Positions 15,672 to 23,308 of a DNA stretch of 23,308 nt are shown in pieces. Under the pieces are notes generated by a model. The model worked only from the letters and a program-made list of their open reading frames with translations, did no database searches and was not told the DNA's origin. Both the position numbers and the translations under genes were made by a program. The first letter of the stretch is position 1; the number at the start of each line of letters is the position of its first letter. Source of the DNA: Planctomycetota bacterium (GTDB lineage Bacteria; Planctomycetota; B15-G4; JADJEK01). Where the stretch lies: positions 1 to 23,308 of the forward strand of contig JBGAIQ010000076.1 of assembly GCA_044225365.1 (NCBI GenBank). The letters run 5' to 3'.

Positions 15672-16553
15672 ATGAAGAAGACCCTGATCGCGATCGCGGC
15701 GCTGCTTGTTCTCGTCGCGGGTCTGCGCCTCGCCGCGCCGAAGGCGGAGCGAATCGTCGTCGATGCGTTCGATCCGGAGCGATACCTCTCGTGCTACCAG
15801 GCGCGCGATGACGTCGCTCTCGTGCGATGTCGGGTTCGCGAGGTCGAGTACATGGCGGAGCGGAAGAGCTTCCTCGATCGCATCGATCTCGACCGCATCG
15901 ACCTCGACATCGAGCGGGTGATCTGGACTCGGCCCCCCCGGGATTCTGCGGATACGACCGGCATACTGTCGATCTTCCGTTCCCCGGCGGAGCGCATCTG
16001 GGATCACCCGGATTGGGGCGTTCGCATTTACATCGGACCGCGAAGCGACGGACGCCTCGTGACGCCCGCGCGCCGCTTCCTGGAGAAGGACCATCGTTAC
16101 TGGTTCGTCTTGCAGGGCGGCTTTTACAAGGAGCCGGCGATTCCGCTCGCCGCGATCGAGGTGTCGACGGATCGGGGCCCCGAGCCCCTCGACGCCTTCG
16201 AACGATTTCGCGGTGAGACCGAGTACGAACTCGTGGTCGGCAGAGTCCTCGACGTGACGAACGTTCACGCCTTCGCGGGGTGGTTCGAACCTGTCCCCGG
16301 GGAGAAGATCGCGGTCGAAGTGATGTCGCTGCCGTGGCGATCCATCGATTCGGATCGAAGGCGGACTCTCGACGCGCGTGTCGGAACGCGGCTCGAGATC
16401 CGCAACGTTCCACTTCGCGAAGAGTGCGAGCGCCCGCCCCTTGGTTCGCTGCGCGTCGGCGAGTCGTATCTGTTCTGCGTACGAAAGACGCTGGGCCCCT
16501 ATCCGGTAATGTTGATCGCGGCGCACCCGCGAGCCGCGCCGTCATCGAATTGA
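15672..16553 (+). CDS. Secreted or membrane-anchored hypothetical protein with two similar beta domains
   Basis: AGGA RBS, signal-like MKKTLIAIAALLVLVAG, and host-like codon usage. Confidence 0.78.
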   Translation: MKKTLIAIAALLVLVAGLRLAAPKAERIVVDAFDPERYLSCYQARDDVALVRCRVREVEYMAERKSFLDRIDLDRIDLDIERVIWTRPPRDSADTTGILSIFRSPAERIWDHPDWGVRIYIGPRSDGRLVTPARRFLEKDHRYWFVLQGGFYKEPAIPLAAIEVSTDRGPEPLDAFERFRGETEYELVVGRVLDVTNVHAFAGWFEPVPGEKIAVEVMSLPWRSIDSDRRRTLDARVGTRLEIRNVPLREECERPPLGSLRVGESYLFCVRKTLGPYPVMLIAAHPRAAPSSN

Positions 16554-16557
16554 ATTC

Positions 16558-16628
16558 GCGCCCGGGCATGTAGGGGCGCACGGCTTGTGCGCGCCTACGT
16601 GCCCGAGCGCCCGCGCCGCGGGCCCTAC
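16558..16628. repeat. GTAG-type REP-like hairpin(s) between convergent genes; probable bidirectional terminator
   Basis: GTAGGGGCGCACGGCTTGTGCGCGCCTAC (16570-98) is nested in a longer stem (16558-16610). A second reverse-strand GTAG-headed unit, GTAGGGCCCGCGGCGCGGGC, ends at 16628. Confidence 0.6.
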
Positions 16629-16631
16629 GAA

Positions 16632-17168
16632 TCACTTCGCCGGGGCGGCCTCGGAGACCTCGATCTTCGACACGGCCTTGAACTCGCTGAAATGCGCTTC
16701 GAGGTTCAGGACGGTCTTCGTCTTGTCGCCCGAGGGTTGCAGATCGAGGCGGAGGTGCTCCTGCACCGGCTGGCCCTTCTCGAACTTGGTCTCGAGCGCC
16801 ATCGCCTTATCCGAGAGATCGCGCGAGAACGGCTTGCCGCCGGGATCGAGGACGAGCTCGTAGTCGCCGCCCTTCACCTTGCGCGTCAGGAGCCGATAGT
16901 GGCCCTTCGCGACGGCCTTGCCGCCGATCTTGACGTCGGCCGTGGCGTCGAGCGACGCACCGGCCATGTGCCACACGTCGCCGTCCTTCATCTTGTCGGC
17001 GAGTTCCTTGTTGAAGGAAACGGTGAGGTGCTCGAGCTTGATCGACGGGGAGTTCGGATCCATGCCGAGCTTCATCTCGACGGTCTTCGGGAAGTGCGGG
17101 TGAGCGACTGCGATCGCGCCGACAGCGGCGAGGGCGGCGGTGAGGGCGAATGCGAACTTGAACTTCAC
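16632..17168 (-). CDS. Exported DUF2911-like protein
   Basis: GGAG RBS with GTG start and signal peptide MKFKFAFALTAALAAVGAIAVA|H. Motifs VWHMAGASL.ATADVKIGGKAVAKGHYRL and EHLRLDL resemble DUF2911. Confidence 0.7.
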   Translation of the reverse strand: MKFKFAFALTAALAAVGAIAVAHPHFPKTVEMKLGMDPNSPSIKLEHLTVSFNKELADKMKDGDVWHMAGASLDATADVKIGGKAVAKGHYRLLTRKVKGGDYELVLDPGGKPFSRDLSDKAMALETKFEKGQPVQEHLRLDLQPSGDKTKTVLNLEAHFSEFKAVSKIEVSEAAPAK

Positions 17169-17285
17169 GATGGTTTCTCCAGTGGTTCCTAGAAGTGCAG
17201 AGGGCGAGGGGAGATCGTAGCAAACTCCAAAGCTGCGAGACTGCGGCGCACGCGCGGGGAGGGAACCCAATAAAATGCACTTTCG

Positions 17286-17313
17286 TGAATCCGAGTCGGA
17301 CCTCCGCCCGAAT
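17286..17313 (+). promoter_or_regulatory. Putative ECF (SigK-like) promoter
   Basis: TGAATCC (17286-92)-N15-CCGAA (17308-12) upstream of a fasciclin gene resembles the CCATCC-N15-CCGAA SigK consensus. Confidence 0.45.
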
Positions 17314-17378
17314 CTCGCGCCACGACGCCGCGAATGCGGTCATCTCATCCGCCGCGAAACCGGCATGGAGGTCCTCCG

Positions 17379-18617
17379 ATGTTGAACGTGTTCCTGGTCG
17401 CCGCACTCGCGAGCGGCGAGACCCTCCACGATTTCAGTCGCGAAGACGCGACGCAATTCGTCTGCGTCAACGACACGGTGATGGGGGGCAAGTCGTCGTC
17501 CAAGGTCGAAGCCCTCGACGGCGGAATCCTGCGGTTCTCGGGAACCGTGTCGCTCGAGAACAACGGCGGCTTCACGTCGTTTCGCGCGCGCGAGACGGAG
17601 TACGAGATCGGCGCGAGCGAGGGCTTGAGTATTCGCGTGAAGGGCGATGGCCGCAAGTACATCCTCTCGCTCGATCTCTCGGGCATACCGATTCCAGCGG
17701 GCGGATATTGGCAGCCGTTCGAGACGAAGAAGGGCGAGTGGATCGAAGTGCGTCTGCCCTACGACCGCTTCGTGCCGACGAGCTTCGGCCGCGAGCTCGA
17801 CGGCCTCGCCAAGGTGACGCCCGAGCGCATCGTCGGCCTCACGATCTACCTCTACGACAAGAAGGCGGGCCCGTTCTCCGCCGATTTCGATTGGATCAAG
17901 ACGTACGGCGCGGCCGCTTCGTCGCAAACCGAGAAGGCAATGGCCGACGATGTCGGACTGCTCCCGGAGACCTGCTCGACTCTTGCCACTCTGCTCGCGA
18001 AGACCGAACTCGACGCCGCGGTCGCCAAGCTCGATGGCTTCACATTGTTCGCGCCGACCGACGCGGCCTTCCAGAAGTTGCCGAAGAACGTCGTCACGGC
18101 ACTCCTGCGCCCGGAGAACGCGAGCGCGCTGAAAAAGGTGCTGCTGCATCACGTCGTCGCGGCGCCGGTCACCGCATGGAACGCGGCGGCGCTGAAGAGC
18201 GCGGACGTGCTCGACGGCGGGCAGGTCGCGATCGAGCGAACCGACGAGGGATTGCGGGTCGGCGGCGCGCTCGTCGTCACGGCAGATCGACTGCGCGGCA
18301 AGGGCGTGATCCATGTCGTCGACTCGGTGATCGTCCCTTCGGACCTCGCGCTCGCGACGACGCCCTCGGATCCGTCGAGCGTGTTCGCAGCGGCGATCGC
18401 CCGCGGCGTGCCGCTCTTCAACGACGGCAACGTGGCGGCGTGCGCGGCCGTCTACCGCACCGCGATCGAAGCGGTCATCGCGCTCGGCGGTGCGAGTCTC
18501 GACTCGCAGCGCCTCGAAGAATTGACGAGCGCGCTCGCGAAAGCGGAACACGAGAGCGACCGTGCGGCATCGTGGACCTTGCGCCGCGCGATGGACGCGG
18601 TGATCGCGAATACGTGA
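17379..18617 (+). CDS. CIA30 domain + fasciclin (FAS1) domain + C-terminal helical domain protein
   Basis: GGAGG RBS and ATG at 17379. CIA30 motifs VNDTVMGGKS, FSGTVSLENNGGFTSFR and RVKGDGRKY. FAS1 motifs FTLFAPTDAAFQKLP, LKKVLLHHVV and GVIHVVDSVIVP. Tail AIARGVPLFNDGNVAACAAVY. Confidence 0.92.
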   Translation: MLNVFLVAALASGETLHDFSREDATQFVCVNDTVMGGKSSSKVEALDGGILRFSGTVSLENNGGFTSFRARETEYEIGASEGLSIRVKGDGRKYILSLDLSGIPIPAGGYWQPFETKKGEWIEVRLPYDRFVPTSFGRELDGLAKVTPERIVGLTIYLYDKKAGPFSADFDWIKTYGAAASSQTEKAMADDVGLLPETCSTLATLLAKTELDAAVAKLDGFTLFAPTDAAFQKLPKNVVTALLRPENASALKKVLLHHVVAAPVTAWNAAALKSADVLDGGQVAIERTDEGLRVGGALVVTADRLRGKGVIHVVDSVIVPSDLALATTPSDPSSVFAAAIARGVPLFNDGNVAACAAVYRTAIEAVIALGGASLDSQRLEELTSALAKAEHESDRAASWTLRRAMDAVIANT

Positions 18618-18641
18618 TCGCTCCTCCCGCGAGGGAAACCA

Positions 18642-20615
18642 TCAGGGCTTCTTGTCCCTGCGCGGGAACAGGATCTCGGACTCGTTCGACCCGAAGTGGA
18701 CGCGAACGATCGAGCGTTCGTTGTCGACGACGAGCGCCGTCGATCCGTCGACGACGCAGGCGGTCGAGATGTCGTCGCACGGGGCGATGGCGATCGTCGC
18801 GGATGCTTCGTCGAGGCGAGCCAGGAACCATTGAGCCCTCCGATCGCCGATCCGCCGCTGGCCGCGCAGGACGACGGAGCCGATCGGGGTGTGGGTCAGC
18901 ATGGCGCCGAAGCGACCGAGATTGCTCACGATCGCGGGAGAGCCATCTTCGAAATGCACCGCGCGGCGCTCGTGCGTGCCGGGGTGCATCAACTCGACCG
19001 CGAAGTCGCGGCGCGCGTAGTCGGCGGTCCTCACGACGAGGAGGATCGCGTCGCCCTGGCTCGTCGTGCCCACGAACAGGTCGTCCGGCGAGAGTCCCGG
19101 GAACGCGCGTCTCGTCCCATCGTCCTCGAGCAGCTCGACGGTGTTCACGCGCTCCTTCGCATTCTTGCGGTCGACATCGACGACGAGCGCGTCGTCGAAC
19201 CGCGAGCGCCAACCGCCGTAATCCTTCGCGCCCGGAATCGGCGCGTCTTCGTCGGTCCAAAGATCGCGATAGCGAGCCGGTTGAATCTGGTTGTTCACGA
19301 TGGGCTTGTAGAAGAGGTCGTGACCATCGCTGCCCATGCGGAACGCACGCTTCGGGAACTCCAGTGTCTCGACCGAGCCGTCCGGACGATCGCGGTAGAA
19401 ATCGTCGTCGAGCGCGAAGACGTGGCGGCCGTCGGGTAGACGGATCGGCGTGACACCGCGCGCTTCGTTCAGGAAGCGCTGCTTCCACGTCGAATCGTTG
19501 ACGACCTTCGAGAACTCGCCGATCGGTTCTCCCGTCGCGCCGTCGTAGAGGGTCGATGCGTACGGAACGCTTCGACTCTCCCAGTCAACGCAGCGCACGT
19601 AGCGTTGCGGCGTACGATCGTCCGCGAGCGGGTAATTGTCGAAGATCCCGCCTTCGAGAGTGTGGAAGGTGAGGCCGTGACCGATCTTCTTCCACGCACC
19701 CGTCTCGAGATCCAGGACGATCGAAACGGTGTAGTTCGCGCGGTCGCCCCTTCGACCCGTGCGGAGGAACGCGTGGCGGCCGCCCGTCCCGACCATCATG
19801 CCTTGGATCCGGAAGTCGGGATCGAGGGGATCGCAGCGCAACCATTGCATCGCGCGATAGGCCGCATAACCGTGGATCGGAAGCAATCCGATGGCGAGCG
19901 TGAGAAGCCCTGCCATGGCGGCGGCGCGCCGTCCCGCGCCATGCCGAAGCCCGCGCGTAAACGAAGTCCAGGCCGCGAGCAGACCGCAGAGGAGCGCGAC
20001 GATGAAGGCCGACTGGAGACTCTCGCCGAGGAGATCCGTGACCGACGTGCCGTCCACCTCGATCGCGAACGGTCCGAGGACGAGGATCCCGACGAGCAGC
20101 ATTCCGAGCGGCGCCGCGAGCGTGGACTGACGCAGCCAGCACGACCCCGCGAGTCCGAAGATCGCGACGAGCCCGATCGTCGCGAGGAGCTTTCCTTCCT
20201 CGACGAGCGCGGGACCGCTCGTCAACTTGCCGCCGAGCGACTCGATCGCGAATGCGGTCAGGTTCCTCCCGATCGCCGCGCAGAGAACGAGCACGACGAG
20301 GAAGACGAGCGTGCGAACCGCGAAGGGCACGAGGAGACCGCCGGGAAGCCGCGGGATCGCGGAGCGGCCCTCCCGCGAGAGCTCGCGCGAGAGGACCTCG
20401 CTGCCGAGCGTGAACACGACGAGCGCCGCGCCGAGGACCATGAGGAGCGACGGCGCGTCGGTCAGCGCGACGTGGGCACGCACCCCGATCGCCGCCGCGG
20501 CGACCGAGAGCAGAACCGTCGCGAGCAAGACGCCCACGATCGCGACGCGCGACTCGCGCCACTCGAGCCAGAGATGCGCGGCGACGCGATGGCGGAGATT
20601 CGTCGATCCGTTCAT
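18642..20615 (-). CDS. ABC-2-type permease-like membrane protein with a large C-terminal soluble beta-rich domain (paralog 2)
   Basis: ATG at 20615 overlaps the upstream TGA (ATGA). HLWLEWRE motif, about 7 TM segments, RLPG loop, then a hydrophilic domain of about 400 aa. Confidence 0.82.
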   Translation of the reverse strand: MNGSTNLRHRVAAHLWLEWRESRVAIVGVLLATVLLSVAAAAIGVRAHVALTDAPSLLMVLGAALVVFTLGSEVLSRELSREGRSAIPRLPGGLLVPFAVRTLVFLVVLVLCAAIGRNLTAFAIESLGGKLTSGPALVEEGKLLATIGLVAIFGLAGSCWLRQSTLAAPLGMLLVGILVLGPFAIEVDGTSVTDLLGESLQSAFIVALLCGLLAAWTSFTRGLRHGAGRRAAAMAGLLTLAIGLLPIHGYAAYRAMQWLRCDPLDPDFRIQGMMVGTGGRHAFLRTGRRGDRANYTVSIVLDLETGAWKKIGHGLTFHTLEGGIFDNYPLADDRTPQRYVRCVDWESRSVPYASTLYDGATGEPIGEFSKVVNDSTWKQRFLNEARGVTPIRLPDGRHVFALDDDFYRDRPDGSVETLEFPKRAFRMGSDGHDLFYKPIVNNQIQPARYRDLWTDEDAPIPGAKDYGGWRSRFDDALVVDVDRKNAKERVNTVELLEDDGTRRAFPGLSPDDLFVGTTSQGDAILLVVRTADYARRDFAVELMHPGTHERRAVHFEDGSPAIVSNLGRFGAMLTHTPIGSVVLRGQRRIGDRRAQWFLARLDEASATIAIAPCDDISTACVVDGSTALVVDNERSIVRVHFGSNESEILFPRRDKKP

Positions 20616-22490
20616 GAGTCGGCCCTCGCAACGGGGAACACGATCTTCGATTCGTTCGATCCGAACCGCACGCGCACGAGCGATCGATGATCCGGTCCGA
20701 GCACGATCGCCGTTTCGTCGTCGAGCGGACTTCCGAGCGTGACCTCGGCGGGCGAGGGCGCGACGATCAGCGTCGACGAAGCGTCGTCGAGCCGCGCGAC
20801 GAAGTGCTCGATCTTGGAGGTGCCATTCCGCCGCTCGCCGCGCAGGAACAGCGAGCCGTTCGGAGTGCGCGTGATCGCCTCGCCCGGCCGGTAGAGGAAC
20901 GACACGATCGCGGGCGATCCGTCGCCGAAGCGAACGGGAATGAGCTCGTGCGTCTGCGGTCGCATGCGTTCGACGCGATAATCCTGCCAGCCCTTCTGCT
21001 TGGGATTCGGCAGCAGCAGCACGGCGTTGCCCTCCGTCGTGACGCCGACGACGAACCCGCCGTCCGGCAGCTCGGGAAACGGACGGAACGAGAGATCGTC
21101 GGAGACGAGCTGTGCGCCGAGGTTGTTTCGTTTGTCGCATGCCCTGCGGCAATCGAAGACGAGCTCGTTCTCGAAGCGCGCGACCGAGCCGAAGACGAGC
21201 GCCGAAGGCGGGAGCACTCGATCCTCATCCGTCCGGAGGTCGCGATAGACGACCGGCGGGAATTCGTGGGAACGATTCGGTCCGCCGCGTTCGCGGTAGA
21301 ACAACCCGAACTCGTCGGAGCCGAGGCGGACCGTGTCTCGCGGCAGCGCCATCGTTTCCGGCGGGCCGCCCGGTACGTCGCGATACAACGTGGAATCGAG
21401 CGCGAACACGCGGTGGCCATCCGTGAGGCGGATCGACGTCGCATTGCGCGCGTCGTCGACGAATCGCTGCTTCCATGCGGCATCCTTCATCAGCTCGTCG
21501 AACTCGCCGATCGTCTCGCCGGTCTCGCCGTCGTGGATCGTCGAGCGGATCGACTTTCCGTCGACGACGGTGACACACCGCACGTAGCGCTGCGGGGAAC
21601 GCGCGTCTGCGAGCGGCGGCATTCCGAAAGGATCGCCTTCGAGCGGCGTGAAGTAGCAGTCCGGGCCGACCTTCTTCCAAGCGCCATTCGAGAGATCGAC
21701 GACGATCCCGATCTGATGGTCGTAGTCGTTTCCGCGGCCGGCGACGACGAACGCGTAGCGTCCGCTCGTACCGAGCATGAAGTCGTCGATTCGGAATTCG
21801 GGGTCGCCCGGCTCACACCGCAGCCATTCGACCGCGCGAATCGCCGCGTAGCCGTGGATCGGCAGCATGCCGGCGAAGATCGCGAGCATGCCCGCCTTGA
21901 CTGCCCCGCGCCGTCCGCCGCCGCGCGAGAGTCCCTGCGAGAACGAGAACCACGCGGCGACGAGTCCGGTGACGAGAACGAGCGCGACCGCGGCGCCGAA
22001 GTAGGGCGAAAAGGTTTCGATGGCCGCTTTGCCCTCGATAGGGATCGCGAGCGGGAGCACGAACGCGATGCCGACGAGCAACAGACCGAGCGGCGCGGCG
22101 AGCGTCGATTGCCTCAGCCAGCACGAGGCAGCGAGTCCAAAGGCCGCGGTCGTGGCGATGAGGACGACGAGCCCGGGATCGCGCACGAGCGGCGCACCAA
22201 GGAGCGGCTTGCCTTGGAGCGCTTCGAGAGTCCAGGTCGTTGCGAGACGGCCGATCGTGGCGCACGTCGCGAGCAGGATGGCGAAGAGCGACAGGCGCAC
22301 GAGGAAGGGTCGCAGGAGACCGCCGGGCAAGCGCGCGATCGCGGCGCGGTCGCCGCGCTGCAGCTCGCGGCCGAGGATCTCGTTGCCGACCGTGAAGACG
22401 ACGAGCGCCGCGCCGACGACCATGTTGAAGGCTCGCGACGCGATACTCCCGCCATTCGAGCCACAAGTGAGCGGTGGTGGCGCTTCGCAT
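20612..22490 (-). pseudogene. ABC-2-type permease-like protein (paralog 1), frameshifted near the 5' end; could still be expressed from the ATG at 22423
   Basis: MRSATTAHLWLEWREYRVA starts at 22490, coupled to the ATPase stop, but is out of frame with MVVGAALVVF... (22423-20612). The paralog has 33 residues between these blocks; here only 10 nt separate them. Confidence 0.75.
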
Positions 22491-23269
22491 CAGCGCGACT
22501 CCGATGCGGTCACCGCGATGAAGTCGCTATCGGCGCGTGCACGTGGAGAGGTCGCGGCGAGATGCTCGCGCAGGCGCTGAGGCAGCGGCTCCGCGCCCGC
22601 GGTGTCGGCGGACTGCTGCCACGAGACTCGACCGCGATCGATCACGACGACGTCGTCGGCCACGCGGCACGCGACTTCGAGATCGTGCGTCGTGAGCACG
22701 ACGGTGCGGCCGCGGTCGCGCAGCTCGGTGATGAGCGCCTTCAGCACTTCGTCGCGTGCGATCGGATCGAGCGCGCCGAAGGGCTCGTCGAGGAGCAGCA
22801 GTTCCGGTTCGTGCGCGGTGGCCGCAGCGAGCATCGCCAACATCGCTTGGCCCTTCGACAGCTCGGAGAAGCGGGTGCCCGCGGAGACGTGAAAGCGATC
22901 GATGAGCTCCATCGGCTTCTTCGTGTCGAAGCGCGGATAGTGCGGCTTCAGGAATGCGAGCCATTCGAGCGGAGTCATCCATGCCGGCACATCGGGCGCG
23001 TCGGGCACGAAGCCCACCGCGAAGCGAACGGCGTTCGTCTCCGTCATCGGGTCGCGGCCCATCACCATCAGCCCGCCCCGGTCGGGCGCGAGCATGCCGT
23101 TCGCGAGGCGAAGCAATGTGCTCTTGCCCGCGCCGTTGCGGCCGAGGATCACCGTCACGCGATCGCGCGCGATCGTGAGATCGAGGTGATCGAGCGCGGC
23201 GCACTTCTTGAATCGCTTCACGAGTCCGCGGGCAAGGACGGCGGGAGAGTCGCAATTCGCTTCCATCAT
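22490..23269 (-). CDS. ABC transporter ATP-binding protein (ABC-2/YtrB-like)
   Basis: Walker A GRNGAGKST, signature LSKGQ, Walker B LLLLDEP and H-loop TTHDL. GAGGGA RBS. Confidence 0.95.
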   Translation of the reverse strand: MMEANCDSPAVLARGLVKRFKKCAALDHLDLTIARDRVTVILGRNGAGKSTLLRLANGMLAPDRGGLMVMGRDPMTETNAVRFAVGFVPDAPDVPAWMTPLEWLAFLKPHYPRFDTKKPMELIDRFHVSAGTRFSELSKGQAMLAMLAAATAHEPELLLLDEPFGALDPIARDEVLKALITELRDRGRTVVLTTHDLEVACRVADDVVVIDRGRVSWQQSADTAGAEPLPQRLREHLAATSPRARADSDFIAVTASESR

Positions 23270-23308
23270 GATTTCTTCCCTCGGACGAGTTCGGGATGGG
23301 GGAGTGTG
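23266..23308 (-). CDS. Possible 3' end of an upstream, translationally coupled gene (partial; often a GntR/YtrA regulator in such operons)
   Basis: An open frame ...TLPHPELVRGKKS* ends in a TGA that overlaps the ATPase ATG (ATGA). Too short to identify. Confidence 0.3.
   Translation of the reverse strand, partial: TLPHPELVRGKKS

Noticed and set aside
15111-16635. Two ~470-aa minus-strand ORFs
   Set aside because: They are mostly antisense to the 15672-16553 gene. Only their last segments correspond to abiEi remnants.
18624-18637. TCCC-GCGA-GGGA mini-hairpin between convergent genes
   Set aside because: A 4-bp stem is too weak to call a terminator.
20616-21152. N-terminal extension of the 836-aa ORF
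   Set aside because: It overlaps permease 1 in another frame. Paralog alignment and ATGA coupling place the start at 20615.
92-23255. Many long Arg/Ala-rich alternative-frame and antisense ORFs (e.g. 2701-5295, 3360-5159, 17195-19453, 9033-10400)
   Set aside because: These are expected shadows of high-GC coding sequence with few stop codons. They have no motifs and overlap well-supported genes.

Overview
High-GC bacterial chromosomal window (roughly 68-70% GC by eye). Gene content suggests a Planctomycetota/PVC-like organism, which is an inference. In order it carries: a REP-like palindrome cluster; a secreted FG-GAP repeat protein; a DUF2339 membrane protein; an exported LolA-like/GyrI-like fusion divergent from a translationally coupled ECF sigma factor and membrane Ser/Thr kinase-TPR pair; an exported thioredoxin-like protein; and a MarR-DoxX-SnoaL operon with a visible palindromic operator present twice. 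Next is a decayed accessory stretch (about 12.3-15.5 kb) with a possible winged-HTH remnant, a low-GC islet of two orphan genes and a fragmented AbiEi/AbiEii type IV toxin-antitoxin locus. After it come two secreted hypotheticals, a CIA30-fasciclin fusion behind a SigK-like promoter, and an ABC ATPase with two paralogous permeases, the first frameshifted by an apparent ~90-bp deletion. I found no rRNA, tRNA, CRISPR array, transposase or integrase. No clearly new complete system is demonstrable from the sequence alone. The best leads are the ECF/kinase module with its neighbours, the MarR operator architecture, the FG-GAP C-terminal domain and the low-GC islet. All family calls come from motif recognition by eye, without database searches.
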